Source of the DNA: an uncultured Bacteroidales bacterium
GTDB taxonomy: Bacteria > Bacteroidota > Bacteroidia > Bacteroidales > Paludibacteraceae
Assembly: GCA_946186735.1 (NCBI GenBank)
Contig: CAMHOK010000001.1
Coordinates: 446 to 64,445, forward strand
Direction: 5' to 3'
DNA: 64,000 bases
Position numbers and translations under genes: made by a program. Positions 38,206-48,270 of this stretch are shown piece by piece (position 1 is the stretch's first letter; each line of letters starts with the position of its first letter). The notes beneath the pieces were generated by a model. That model saw nothing but the letters and a program-made list of their open reading frames with translations, was not told where the DNA came from and did no database searches.

Positions 38206-38281
38206 CTGACCGCAAAATTACAAAAAAATCTTTAATCGTGCAAAGTTGAGGGCTATATTTTGTTGTTTGGAAAAATTATAG

Positions 38282-38289
38282 TACTTTTG
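38282..38289 (+). promoter_or_regulatory. -7 box TACTTTTG for the acyl-CoA ligase gene
   Basis: TAnnTTTG match 39 nt upstream of the start. Confidence 0.5.
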
Positions 38290-38327
38290 TGGCGGAATAA
38301 TAATATAAACACAATTATAAAGCAATT

Positions 38328-40223
38328 ATGACAATCATTGATTTCGTAGAGAAATACACCAAACAATTCTCAGAACATACTTTTCTTCGCGAGAAAGTTG
38401 ATGGCAAGTGGGAAGAGACCACTTTTGCTCAGACTCGCGAACAAGCACACATCATAGGTGCCGGACTGATGAAGCTCGGTCTGAAGAAAGGCGATAAGGT
38501 GGCGCTGCTCTCAGAGGGGCGCAACCTATGGATAACGGGCGAGCTGGGTATCTTATATGCCGGTGCGGTTAATGTGCCCTTGTCGATAAAGCTTGAAGAG
38601 TCTAACGACCTGCTTTTCCGCATCAGACATTCTGATTCGCGGTTCGTGATGGTATCTAAGTATCAGTTGCCTAAGGTGCGTAAGATCATTGACGACGTGC
38701 CCAACGTGGAGAAGGTGATAGTGCTTGATGAGATAGAGGATTTAGGCAAGAACGAGATAACGATGAGCCAGGTGATGGCTATGGGTAAGGAGTTCTTGAA
38801 AGAGCATGAGAGTGAGTTTGTCGCTCGTTACAGTTCAGTCGGCGATCATGACTATGCCAATATCTCTTATACCTCCGGTACGACAGCCGACCCGAAGGGT
38901 ATCCTACTTACTCATCGCAACTACACAGCCAATGTGGAGCAGGCTCATTCGGTCATCGGTGTGGATGTGGACGATGTGATGCTCATCATCTTGCCTCTTG
39001 ACCATTGCTTTGCTCATGTGGCAGGGTTCTACACGATGATGTCGTATGGCGGCAGTATTGCCACAGTGCCTGTCGGAAAGACGCCTCTGGCTACACTGAG
39101 AAACATACCGGTAGCTATTCAAGAGATTAAGCCTCATGTCATGCTCTCTGTTCCGGCTCTTGCCCGTAACTTCAAAGCTAACATTGAGAAAGGTGTGAAG
39201 AGCAAGGGCACGACGGTGGAGAAACTATATAACATGGCTTTGGACAACGCCATCAAATACTATAAGGAGTATTACAACCAAGGCGGTAAGGATGCTTGGC
39301 GCAAACCACTGGTCGGACTGTTCGATAAGTTAATCTTCAAGAGTGTTCGCCAAGGTCTGGGTGGTCGTATGAAGTTCTTTGTGGGCGGTGGTGCGCTCCT
39401 TGATATACAGTTGCAGCGCTACTTCAATGCCATAGGCATACCTATGTTCCAAGGCTATGGGTTGAGCGAAGCCACTCCTATCATCTGTGCTAACGCCCCC
39501 GGACACGCTATCTTCGGCTCATCAGGCAGGATCGTTAAACCTCTGGATGTGAAGATATGCGATGCTGAAGGACAAGAAGTGCCTTATGGGACGAACGGAG
39601 AGATAGTTATCCGCGGTGAGAATGTGATGGCGGGCTATTGGAAGAACGAGAAAGCCACAGCCGACACTATCATCGACGGTTGGTTGCACACCGGCGATAT
39701 GGGTTATATAACGGCAGCTCACCCCAACTACCTATATGTGACAGGTCGCTTCAAATCGCTACTTATATCGTCTGACGGCGAGAAATATTCTCCGGAAGGG
39801 TTCGAAGACTCGCTCACCGACGGCTCGCCGTATATCGACCAAGTCATACTGCACAACAACCAAGACCCGTACACCATGCTCCTTGTGGTGCCCAACATGG
39901 ACGCTCTAAAGGAGTATGCACAGAAGAGAGGTGTTGACCCGCAGAGCACAGAAGGTAAGCAGGCTATGCTCAAGAAGTTGCAAGCAGAGGTGGACGAGTA
40001 TAAGAAAGGCGGAAAGAAAGAAGGCATGTTCCCGGAGCGCTGGCTGCCAACAGCTCTGGCTGTGCTGCCCGAACATTTCACCGAACAGAACCACTTGGTT
40101 AACTCAACCATGAAGATTGTTCGCGGCAAGGCTGAAGAGTATTTCAAAGACCGTATCGAATATGCTTACACCGCTGAGGGTAAGGAGCTGCTCAACGAGA
40201 AGAACATGGAAGCAATGAAATAA
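38328..40223 (+). CDS. Long-chain-fatty-acid--CoA ligase (AMP-dependent synthetase)
   Basis: AMP-binding motif ISYTSGTTADPKG, plus GYGLSEA and TGDMG motifs. Confidence 0.88.
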   Translation: MTIIDFVEKYTKQFSEHTFLREKVDGKWEETTFAQTREQAHIIGAGLMKLGLKKGDKVALLSEGRNLWITGELGILYAGAVNVPLSIKLEESNDLLFRIRHSDSRFVMVSKYQLPKVRKIIDDVPNVEKVIVLDEIEDLGKNEITMSQVMAMGKEFLKEHESEFVARYSSVGDHDYANISYTSGTTADPKGILLTHRNYTANVEQAHSVIGVDVDDVMLIILPLDHCFAHVAGFYTMMSYGGSIATVPVGKTPLATLRNIPVAIQEIKPHVMLSVPALARNFKANIEKGVKSKGTTVEKLYNMALDNAIKYYKEYYNQGGKDAWRKPLVGLFDKLIFKSVRQGLGGRMKFFVGGGALLDIQLQRYFNAIGIPMFQGYGLSEATPIICANAPGHAIFGSSGRIVKPLDVKICDAEGQEVPYGTNGEIVIRGENVMAGYWKNEKATADTIIDGWLHTGDMGYITAAHPNYLYVTGRFKSLLISSDGEKYSPEGFEDSLTDGSPYIDQVILHNNQDPYTMLLVVPNMDALKEYAQKRGVDPQSTEGKQAMLKKLQAEVDEYKKGGKKEGMFPERWLPTALAVLPEHFTEQNHLVNSTMKIVRGKAEEYFKDRIEYAYTAEGKELLNEKNMEAMK

Positions 40224-40264
40224 CACAACAATCATAATTATTAACAACTAAAAATGTAGAGTTT

Positions 40265-40996
40265 ATGAAGAAGATTACTTTCTTTCTTGGTGTGATGGTA
40301 GCTCTGTTGGCTTCATCGTGTAGTTCGGTAAAGGTATCGAGTACAGGTAAGACGCTTGAGCCGGAGATTACCACATTGCGTGCAGACTTAGACATTAAGT
40401 ACACCAAGGTTAAGGGTGTTTATGACATCAATGTGAAGAAGAACGAGCATGTTGATATCAAGGCAATGTGCAACAATGCTGTGTTCAATGCTTTGGATCC
40501 TGTGGGTGCAGATTACCTTGTAGGTCCTCAGTTTAAGGTGGATATAGAGGTTCGTGGTCGTAAGTATATAACTGTAACCGTTACAGGTTATCCTGCTTAC
40601 TATAAGAATTTCCATCAGGACGCAGAGCCTCAGTATCTGGAGTCGTATGATATTCAAGAACTCAAGCCCGGCACTCCTTACCTTGTTATCGACAAAGACC
40701 AGTATGGTGGCGTTATGGGTTATGACCTTATTGCTCCGAAGGCTCCTAAGTGCTGCGAGAAAAAACCTTGCACCATCGACCTCAACGAGACAACCGTAGA
40801 GAAGATCATCCTCAACCATAACGGCAAGGTAACCCCCAAGCCCGAGCAGGTTGTAGAGGTGCAGAAACCGACTATCACCAGCCGTATAGAGGAGAAGGTG
40901 ACAGCCGCTAAGCAAGAAAAAGCAAAGAAAGCTGAAGAGAGAAAGGCAAAACAAGCTGCAAAGAAAGCAGCCAAGCAGAACGCTAAGAAGAAATAA
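40265..40996 (+). CDS. Hypothetical lipoprotein with Lys/Ala-rich C-terminal tail
   Basis: Signal/lipobox VALLASSC. C-terminal AKKAEERKAKQAAKKAAKQNAKKK. Confidence 0.5.
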   Translation: MKKITFFLGVMVALLASSCSSVKVSSTGKTLEPEITTLRADLDIKYTKVKGVYDINVKKNEHVDIKAMCNNAVFNALDPVGADYLVGPQFKVDIEVRGRKYITVTVTGYPAYYKNFHQDAEPQYLESYDIQELKPGTPYLVIDKDQYGGVMGYDLIAPKAPKCCEKKPCTIDLNETTVEKIILNHNGKVTPKPEQVVEVQKPTITSRIEEKVTAAKQEKAKKAEERKAKQAAKKAAKQNAKKK

Positions 40997-41023
40997 AGCG
41001 GCTGACTAAGCCGATTAGTATTT

Positions 41024-41066
41024 GCGCATTGTGTAACCGAAAAGGTTATACAATGCGTATTTTTTA
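41024..41066 (+). terminator. Rho-independent terminator
   Basis: Stem GCGCATTGTGTAACC/GGTTATACAATGCGT followed by ATTTTTTAT. Confidence 0.75.
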
Positions 41067-41141
41067 TTGTCAAAAAGTAGGATGGGTAACAATAAATGGC
41101 GATTTTTGCAGACTTATGCTTGATGATACAAGAAAAAGCAG

Positions 41142-41149
41142 TAACTTTG
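41142..41149 (+). promoter_or_regulatory. -7 box TAACTTTG for the TonB-dependent receptor
   Basis: TAnnTTTG match about 62 nt upstream of the start. Confidence 0.5.
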
Positions 41150-41210
41150 CGTACAGAAATAAACGGGCATGACAAGACATAAAGAGGCTCGTTGGTGAGT
41201 TAAAATTGAT

Positions 41211-43604
41211 ATGGTTATGGCAAAGAGGATCTTACAGATATTATTCCTTTTTATTTTTTATGTAGCATCGTGTTATGCTCATGTAGTAGGTGTGGTGGTT
41301 GACCTTGATGGTCTGCCGCTGATAGGTGCCAATGTCTATTGGGCGGGGAGCAGTGTGGGTGTGAGCACTGACACGGCAGGTGTGTTCAGTATAGAGACAG
41401 TGGCAGGGAAGAAGCAGTTGGTGGCAAGTTATGTGGGCTATAAGTCCGACACTGTTGTGTGCTCATCTAATAGTCATAAGGTCGTGTTTGTGCTTGTAGC
41501 AGACCTGGAGTTGGGTGAGGTGGAGGTGTCGGAGCGTCGTGCTACCCTCATCAAGTCTCGCACCTCGGCTCTCAATGTCCAGACGCTCAATGCCGGAGAG
41601 CTGTGTAAGGCAGCATGCTGCAACCTGAGTGAGTCGTTCGAGACCTCGGCAGCCGTTGATGTGGCTTATTCAGACGCTGCCACCGGTGCTAAGCAGATCC
41701 GTCTGTTGGGTCTGGCGGGCACCTATGTGCAACTGCTCACCGAGAACACTCCGGGTATAAGAGGACTGGCGCAGTCTTTCGGCATGGAGTATGTGCCGGG
41801 ACCATGGATGGAAGCTATTCAGGTGTCGAAAGGAACGGCATCGGTGATCAACGGATATGAGTCAACCACGGGTCAGATCAATATCGAGTATCTCAAACCT
41901 AAGTTGCAAGACCCGCTTACCATCAATCTCATGCTCAACAGTGAGCTGCATAGCGAGCTTAACCTTACAGGCGGTTGGCGCGTCACGCCTGAGGACGATG
42001 AGACGGACGTGACGACAGGCCTTATGGTGCATGCCGGGCTGATGCCAATGAACATGGACATGAACGGCGATAGCTTCGTTGATATGCCATCGGGCTATAA
42101 GGTCAATCTGTTGAACCGTTGGGATATCTTCAAAGACGATTATACGGGTCGCATACTCTTGCGTGGGATCTACGACCGTCGGTTAGGCGGACAACGCACC
42201 GACAATATCTTCGCTCAGACAACGCCCTCTGCTCTTTCGCCCGCCCCTTATCTTATCGACCTTGACCCGCGTCGGGTAGAAGGGTTCATGAAGAACGGCT
42301 ATGTGATAGACGAAGAGAAAGAGATGTCGATAGGTATCATCACTGCCGGCTCCTATCATTGGCAGGATAACAGTTACGGTCATCGTCGCTGGAAAGCGGC
42401 TCAAGCCAATGCTTATCTGAACGCTATGTTCCAGACCTCTTTCTCAGAGAGCCATAAGCTGACCTCGGGTCTGTCGCTCAACCATGACACGTATATAGAG
42501 ACGCTTGAGGGGATATTGCCTGACGATGTGGTGATGACAGCCTTAGGTCAACCGATTGACAGATTAGATCTGAGCCGTAGGCAGACTGATATCGGTGTTT
42601 TTGCCGAGTACTCGTATAAGCTTGACGAAAAACTCTCGTTGCTGGCGGGTATGCGTGCCGACCTTATCATACGCGATAAGGTGAGAGTCATTCCAACACC
42701 GCGTTTCAACCTGCGCTATTCGCCATGGGAGTGGTGGACGATACGCGCATCGGTGGGTATGGGTTACCGCTCGCCTAATGTGCTTGCCGACAATGCTCAG
42801 TATCTGCCCACAGGGCGTCTGCTCTTCCCTGCTACCACCACCGAAGATTATGGGTTCAATCGCGCGCTGCAGACCAAAGGGCTGATGACTCCTAACATGG
42901 AGAGTGCCCTCAATGCCGGACTGAGCACTATGTTCTACATACCGATAGCAGAGCGCGAGTTGCAACTGTCGGCAGAGTATTACTACACTCATTTCTTCGA
43001 CTGCTTAGTGGCAGACGCCGAGACGGCGGGCATGGTCAGGTTCTATAACCTGAGCGACATTGATGGTGCTCGTGCTTTCTCGCATACGGCTCAAATAGAG
43101 GCCACTATGGAGATATTGCGAGGATGGACCATGACTCTTGCTTATCGTCATACCGACAGTCGTCAGACCCTCTATTCACCTTCTCAGAACGCGTATATGC
43201 TTCGTCAGAGACCTCTGCAGAACAGGTTCAAGGCTATCATATCAACCTCCTATCAGACACCGCTGAAGAAATGGCAGTTCGACTTCACAGCGCAGTTCAA
43301 CGGCTATGGCAGGATGCCGGAGTCGTTCGTGGTACCAACGGCGTCTGATCAGTACTTCGTCAGAGGAGCAGAGACCTACCATCGGTGGTACCCGCAACTG
43401 CTCGGACAGATAACCAAGTATTGGCGCACATGCTCACTGTATGTGGGGGCTGAGAACATGACCAACTTCAGGCAAGCGAGTCCTATCGTTGCCACCACGA
43501 CTCCTTTCAATAGTGCTTTCGATGCTTCTGCCGTGTGGGGACCCATCAACGGATGGAAAGTGTATGTGGGGTTCAGGTGGAACTTAGAAAGAGATGACGA
43601 TTGA
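41211..43604 (+). CDS. TonB-dependent outer-membrane receptor with N-terminal carboxypeptidase-regulatory-like domain
   Basis: Signal peptide, CarboxypepD_reg-like VVGVVVDLDGLPLIGANVYW, plug region, and a long beta-barrel ending in an aromatic-rich C-terminus (VYVGFRWNL). Confidence 0.88.
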   Translation: MVMAKRILQILFLFIFYVASCYAHVVGVVVDLDGLPLIGANVYWAGSSVGVSTDTAGVFSIETVAGKKQLVASYVGYKSDTVVCSSNSHKVVFVLVADLELGEVEVSERRATLIKSRTSALNVQTLNAGELCKAACCNLSESFETSAAVDVAYSDAATGAKQIRLLGLAGTYVQLLTENTPGIRGLAQSFGMEYVPGPWMEAIQVSKGTASVINGYESTTGQINIEYLKPKLQDPLTINLMLNSELHSELNLTGGWRVTPEDDETDVTTGLMVHAGLMPMNMDMNGDSFVDMPSGYKVNLLNRWDIFKDDYTGRILLRGIYDRRLGGQRTDNIFAQTTPSALSPAPYLIDLDPRRVEGFMKNGYVIDEEKEMSIGIITAGSYHWQDNSYGHRRWKAAQANAYLNAMFQTSFSESHKLTSGLSLNHDTYIETLEGILPDDVVMTALGQPIDRLDLSRRQTDIGVFAEYSYKLDEKLSLLAGMRADLIIRDKVRVIPTPRFNLRYSPWEWWTIRASVGMGYRSPNVLADNAQYLPTGRLLFPATTTEDYGFNRALQTKGLMTPNMESALNAGLSTMFYIPIAERELQLSAEYYYTHFFDCLVADAETAGMVRFYNLSDIDGARAFSHTAQIEATMEILRGWTMTLAYRHTDSRQTLYSPSQNAYMLRQRPLQNRFKAIISTSYQTPLKKWQFDFTAQFNGYGRMPESFVVPTASDQYFVRGAETYHRWYPQLLGQITKYWRTCSLYVGAENMTNFRQASPIVATTTPFNSAFDASAVWGPINGWKVYVGFRWNLERDDD

Positions 43605-43657
43605 TGAGAGATGATGAATGACAAAGATAAGAGATGAACGATAAAAACATAATGTAT

Positions 43658-43963
43658 ATGAAGAAGATAGTTGTTTTATTATTATCGGTACTGCTGTTGC
43701 TGCCTGTGTCGGTGTCGGCCGCCAAGCCCAAGCGCGAGAAGGCTGTGTTCCGCGTGGAGATAACCTGTCAGGGTTGCGTCAACAAGATAGAGAAGAACAT
43801 TGCTTTCGAGAAAGGAGTGAAGGACTTGTTGATTGACAAAGACAAGCAGGTGGTAACCGTTGTCTATGACCCTTCGAAGACCGACAAGACTGCTCTTAAG
43901 AAGGCTTTTGCCAAGATTCGCAAGCCCGTTCTGGAAGATTTGAGCGACAAGCAAGACAAATAA
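43658..43963 (+). CDS. Exported heavy-metal-associated (HMA) domain protein
   Basis: Signal peptide MKKIVVLLLSVLLLLPVSVSA followed by an HMA fold with the metal-binding TCQGC motif. Confidence 0.8.
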   Translation: MKKIVVLLLSVLLLLPVSVSAAKPKREKAVFRVEITCQGCVNKIEKNIAFEKGVKDLLIDKDKQVVTVVYDPSKTDKTALKKAFAKIRKPVLEDLSDKQDK

Positions 43964-44022
43964 AAACGAAGTGAGCGGCATAAAAATAATGCGACTTAGT
44001 TTTGTAGTTCAAGAAAAAAATG

Positions 44023-44030
44023 TAACTTTG
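44023..44030 (+). promoter_or_regulatory. -7 box TAACTTTG for the DUF47-PiT operon
   Basis: TAnnTTTG match 26 nt upstream of the start, preceded by an A-run. Confidence 0.5.
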
Positions 44031-44055
44031 CAACGCAAACCAATTTCAAATTTTT

Positions 44056-44709
44056 ATGTCAGCTTTAAACAGCATTTTTTCCGTTTTTCTTCCTAAAGAA
44101 GACAAGTTTTTTCCCATGTTTCGCCGTATAGGCGAGGCTATGGTAGAGGCAGCCGACTTATTCACTCAACTTATTTCAGAGACCGAGCGTCAGAAGCAGG
44201 AGGAGATATATCCTCAGATTAAAGCTATTGAGACAGAGTGCGATAACATTGTTATCGATATTTTTAACGAGCTCAACGATGCTTTTGTTTCTCCTTTCGA
44301 TCGTGAAGATATTCATGGTTTGACCAATGCTCTTGACGATGTGGTTGACCTTATCACCTCATCGTCAAAGCGTATCTTGCTATATCGTCCCAAACAGATC
44401 CCGACCAAAGCCATGCACATGGCAGAGATTATCCTTGAGGGAGCCAAGTGCGTGAGAGTGGGTATGACAGAGTTGAAGACTATCAACAAGAAACCTCATT
44501 TGGCTTTGGAGCAGTGTCAGCGTCTTCATGACTTAGAGCACGAAGGAGATGAGGTGTATGAGAGCTTCTTGCAAGATCTGTTTGAGAATGAGAAAGATGC
44601 CGTAGAGTTAGTTAAGCTCAAAGACTTGATGCAAGGTATGGAGTCGGCTACCGACAAAGAGAATTCTGTAGGTAAGGCTCTAAAGACCATAATAGTTAAA
44701 TACGCTTGA
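44056..44709 (+). CDS. DUF47 (PhoU-like) phosphate-transport regulator
   Basis: Typical N-terminus and helical repeats. 4-nt overlap with the downstream PiT gene. Confidence 0.8.
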   Translation: MSALNSIFSVFLPKEDKFFPMFRRIGEAMVEAADLFTQLISETERQKQEEIYPQIKAIETECDNIVIDIFNELNDAFVSPFDREDIHGLTNALDDVVDLITSSSKRILLYRPKQIPTKAMHMAEIILEGAKCVRVGMTELKTINKKPHLALEQCQRLHDLEHEGDEVYESFLQDLFENEKDAVELVKLKDLMQGMESATDKENSVGKALKTIIVKYA

Positions 44710-45767
44710 TTATGGTTTACCTCATTGTCATTATCGTACTTTGCGTAGGTTTCGATTTTATCAATGGCTTCCACGATGCCGCCAATAGTATAGCGACGGT
44801 TGTGAGCACCAAGGTGCTGACACCTGTTCAGGCGGTTATCTGGGCGGCCATGTTTAATTTTATAGCCTTTTTTATAGCCAAGTATCTTATTGGTTTTGGT
44901 GTTGCGGAGACAGTCCAGAAGACGGTAACGAGCGATGCTGTGGGCAGTCCGGCAGGTCTGACGATTATCATTGCGGCATTGTTGGCAGCCATCACCTGGT
45001 CGTTGTTCACTTGGTGGAAAGGTATTCCATCCTCTTCCTCACATACTCTCATTGGTGGTTTGGTAGGTGCTGCAATAGCAGCCAAGGGTTTTGCAGCCGT
45101 TCATTGGATGACGGTTGGTAAGATAGCGTTGTTTATCTTTGTGGCTCCCTTGATAGGTTTTGTTGCCGGCAATATCATCACCGTTCTGACCACTTGGATC
45201 TTCCGTCGCACCAAGCCTCATAAGATGGACAAATGGTTTCGTCGGTTGCAGTTGCTCTCGTCGGCGTTCTTGAGTCTGGGTCATGGTCTGAACGACTCGA
45301 CCAAAGAGATAGGTGTGATAGCGTGTGCGATAGTGGCATGCAGAGAGTTGGGCATAGATGTGTTGCCTCATTGGCTGATGCCTTCAGAGGAGTTGGCGGC
45401 TATAGGAGTGCCTGTTCCCGAATGGGCCGCTTTTGCCTGCTTCACCGCCATAGCTGTAGGAACGATGTCGGGAGGCTGGCGTATCATCAAGACCATGGGC
45501 AACAAGATAACCAAGATCACTCCCGTTGAAGGGTTCTGTTCGCAGACAGCCGGCGCTCTGACCATCAGTATCAGTCAGATGCTCAAGATACCCGTTTCTA
45601 CCACTCATGTCATATCAGGCAGTATAATGGGTGTGGGGTCGGTTAAGCGCCTATCAGCCGTGAGATGGGGAGTGTCGCTGGATATGATAACAGCATGGGT
45701 GCTGACCATTCCTGTCAGTGCGCTGATAGGAGCCTGTTCTTTTTGGTTAGTGAGCCTGTTCTTATAA
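44706..45767 (+). CDS. Inorganic phosphate transporter, PiT family
   Basis: GFHDAANSIAT and GLNDSTKEIG signatures. Polytopic membrane protein. Confidence 0.9.
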   Translation: MIMVYLIVIIVLCVGFDFINGFHDAANSIATVVSTKVLTPVQAVIWAAMFNFIAFFIAKYLIGFGVAETVQKTVTSDAVGSPAGLTIIIAALLAAITWSLFTWWKGIPSSSSHTLIGGLVGAAIAAKGFAAVHWMTVGKIALFIFVAPLIGFVAGNIITVLTTWIFRRTKPHKMDKWFRRLQLLSSAFLSLGHGLNDSTKEIGVIACAIVACRELGIDVLPHWLMPSEELAAIGVPVPEWAAFACFTAIAVGTMSGGWRIIKTMGNKITKITPVEGFCSQTAGALTISISQMLKIPVSTTHVISGSIMGVGSVKRLSAVRWGVSLDMITAWVLTIPVSALIGACSFWLVSLFL

Positions 45768-45778
45768 ACAATATAGTT

Positions 45779-46906
45779 ATGTTAGAGATCGTTGAAGTAA
45801 AGAGTAAGAAGCAACTGAGGCAGTTTATTGACTTTGCAAACGAGTTATATAAGGACTGTGAGAACTATTGTCCGCCGTTGTATATGGACGAGTTGGATGT
45901 GTTCGACATGAAGAAGAACCCCGCGTACGATGTGGCGGAGTCGGTTGAGTATATGGCAGTGTCAGACGGCAAGGTAGTGGGTAGGATAGCCGGTATCATA
46001 AACTATGCCGCCAACGAACATTGGCAGACGAAGAAAGTGCGGTTCGGTTGGTTCGACTTTATTGACGATGAGCGTGTGTCTTTTGCTTTGCTCGACAAGG
46101 TGGCTCAATGGGGCAGAGAGCACGGCATGGAGTGGTTGAACGGTCCGGTAGGTTTTACGGACCTTGACCATGAGGGTTTGCTCATCGAAGGTTTTGAGTA
46201 TTTGGCCCCTTTGGCTTCGCTCTACAACTACCCGTATTATATCGAGCACTTGGAGGACTACGGACTCAAGAAAGAGAACGATTGGATAGAGATGCAGATC
46301 ACTCCTCCTGCAGAGTTGCCGGAGCGCTTGTTGAGGATAGGGAAGATAGTGGAGCAACGGAGCAAGGTGCACATTGATAAGGTGAAGAATGTGAGTGAAC
46401 TGACCAAGAAGTACGGCTACTCATATTTCGATGTTATCGATGAAGCTTATCAGCGGTTGTATAATTTTCAACCTCTCACCAAGCGTCAGAAAGAGTACTA
46501 CTCAAAGGTCTATTTCCCTATACTCAATTTCGATTTTGTGAGTGTCGTTGTTAACGAAAAAGATGAGATAGTGGGTGTGGGCGTGGGTATGCCCGACATC
46601 TCTGAGGCTGTCCGCAAGTGTGGTGGTAAGCTGTTTCCTTTTGGTTGGTGGTATCTGTTCAAGGCTCTCAAGGCTAAGAAGATGGAGGCTTTCGACTTGT
46701 TGCTTATCGCTGTAAGGCCCGATTATCAGGGTCTGGGCATCAATAGTCTGATTCTCATCGACCAGTACCCGTATTTCATCAAGTATGGTATCAAGCGTGT
46801 GGAGACGACCTCTATCATGGAGACCAACTATAAGAACCAAGCCAACTGGACTATGTTCCCGCACAAGCAGCATAAGCGTCGCAGAGCATATCTCAAGCCG
46901 TTATGA
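45779..46906 (+). CDS. Putative GNAT-like acyltransferase family protein (about 375 aa)
   Basis: Start set at MLEIVEVKSKKQLRQF. C-terminal IAVRPDYQGLGINSLIL resembles the acetyl-CoA-binding motif A. The upstream part of the ORF overlaps the PiT gene and is rejected. Confidence 0.5.
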   Translation: MLEIVEVKSKKQLRQFIDFANELYKDCENYCPPLYMDELDVFDMKKNPAYDVAESVEYMAVSDGKVVGRIAGIINYAANEHWQTKKVRFGWFDFIDDERVSFALLDKVAQWGREHGMEWLNGPVGFTDLDHEGLLIEGFEYLAPLASLYNYPYYIEHLEDYGLKKENDWIEMQITPPAELPERLLRIGKIVEQRSKVHIDKVKNVSELTKKYGYSYFDVIDEAYQRLYNFQPLTKRQKEYYSKVYFPILNFDFVSVVVNEKDEIVGVGVGMPDISEAVRKCGGKLFPFGWWYLFKALKAKKMEAFDLLLIAVRPDYQGLGINSLILIDQYPYFIKYGIKRVETTSIMETNYKNQANWTMFPHKQHKRRRAYLKPL

Positions 46907-47361
46907 CCAACAAAGACGATTTATATGAATCAGCGGTTAGTGTGCTTGACCAGTATATAGAGCAGAACCGCATGCGGCACACGCAAGAGCGTTACACCGT
47001 GCTCCGCCAGATCTGTCAGTTCCCCTCGCAGTTCACTACCGAGCAACTGACAGTGTTGCGTTCTGCCGAATTGTCGCTCTCGCGGGCTACTATATATAAT
47101 GCTATTCAGCTTTTTTTGGATTGTGGACTGCTTGTGGCACATTCTTTGCGGGCAGGATCGAAGACGACAAGTTATGAGTTGGTCATACCCAAACGCTCGC
47201 AGATGATTTTTCAGTGTACCAAATGCGGGAGGGAGGTTAAGTTCGATAATAAAGCTATTGATAGGGTTATTATGGAGCATAAGTATCCCAACTTCGTCCC
47301 GAAGAACTACTCACTTTATGTCTTCGGCGAGTGTAAGCATTGTCGTCGTCCGGAACATTGA
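46903..47361 (+). CDS. Fur-family transcriptional repressor
   Basis: Winged-helix N-terminus and two CxxC pairs (CTKCG, CKHC). Confidence 0.8.
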   Translation: MTNKDDLYESAVSVLDQYIEQNRMRHTQERYTVLRQICQFPSQFTTEQLTVLRSAELSLSRATIYNAIQLFLDCGLLVAHSLRAGSKTTSYELVIPKRSQMIFQCTKCGREVKFDNKAIDRVIMEHKYPNFVPKNYSLYVFGECKHCRRPEH

Positions 47362-47389
47362 GTTAATAACTATTTAACAGATTAGGATT

Positions 47390-48067
47390 ATGGCTGTATA
47401 TTGGATAATCTTTGGTGCTATAGCGTTGGCCAGTTGGATAGTGAGCAAGTCGCTTGAGAGTAAGTTTGAGAAATATTCTCAAGTCAGTCTGCCATTGACG
47501 GGCAAGCAGGTGGCAGAGCGTATGTTGCTTGATTATGGCATCACGGATGTTACGGTCAAGTGTGTTAAGGGTCATCTGACCGACCATTATAACCCTCAAG
47601 ACAAGACCCTTAATCTGAGTGAGAGTGTCTATTCGGCAGCCAATGTGGCGGCAGCGGCTGTGGCAGCTCATGAGACCGGTCATGCCCTTCAGCATGCTGT
47701 GGGTTATGCTCCGCTTCGTCTGCGTTCGGCTCTGGTTCCGGTGGTGAGCGTGTCGAGCAAATGGATGTCGATAATACTGTTAGTGGGTATGCTGTTGTTG
47801 CAATATACACCACTGCCTTTGGAGATAGGAGTGGTGCTGTTCGGGTTGACCACCTTGTTCTCTTTTGTCACTCTTCCTGTAGAGGTTAATGCATCGCAGC
47901 GTGCTGTTAAGTGGTTGGAGGAGTCAGGTCTGACCTATGGTGAGACCACACGGATGGCTTCGTCTGCCTTACACTCGGCGGCATATACATACGTGGTAGC
48001 GGCATTGTCGTCGCTGGCAACGCTGTTGTATTATGTGTTCTTGCTTGTAGGTGGTAGAAGGAGTTAA
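47390..48067 (+). CDS. Putative neutral zinc metallopeptidase (membrane-associated, HExxH)
   Basis: AAHETGHALQH motif, N-terminal TM helix and C-terminal TM helices. The layout is typical of the Zn_peptidase_2 family. Confidence 0.8.
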   Translation: MAVYWIIFGAIALASWIVSKSLESKFEKYSQVSLPLTGKQVAERMLLDYGITDVTVKCVKGHLTDHYNPQDKTLNLSESVYSAANVAAAAVAAHETGHALQHAVGYAPLRLRSALVPVVSVSSKWMSIILLVGMLLLQYTPLPLEIGVVLFGLTTLFSFVTLPVEVNASQRAVKWLEESGLTYGETTRMASSALHSAAYTYVVAALSSLATLLYYVFLLVGGRRS

Positions 48068-48113
48068 AAATAGTAAAATATCAAAAAGATTATTGCTTTG
48101 CGGCGATAATTTT

Positions 48114-48190
48114 GGCCCCGTAGCTTAGTTGAATAGAGTGTCAGATTCCGGTTCTGAAGGTCCTGGGTTTGAGTCCCAGCGGGGTCACCA
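48114..48190 (+). tRNA. tRNA-Arg (anticodon CCG), CCA encoded
   Basis: A cloverleaf can be drawn. Acceptor stem is GGCCCCG/CGGGGTC, anticodon stem TCAGA/TCTGA, loop TTCCGGT, T arm CTGGG-TTTGAGT-CCCAG, and the 3' end is ACCA. Confidence 0.88.
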
Positions 48191-48222
48191 AACAGGTCAT
48201 GCAGACCTCAAACAGTTGAATG
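48164..48222 (+). repeat. Direct repeat copy 1 (tRNA-Arg 3' 27 nt plus 32 nt downstream), att-like
   Basis: 56/59 identical to 49932..49990. Confidence 0.9.
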
Positions 48223-48270
48223 ACTAATTTTTAGTGTTATCTTGTGATAGATAAAGTCAAAACTAATCTC

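Noticed and set aside
38213-38248. Candidate -7 boxes (TAATTTTG and CAACTTTG, minus strand) for the FKBP-like gene.
   Set aside because: The first lies only 8 nt from the start codon, and the second deviates from TAnnTTTG. Neither is convincing without TSS data.
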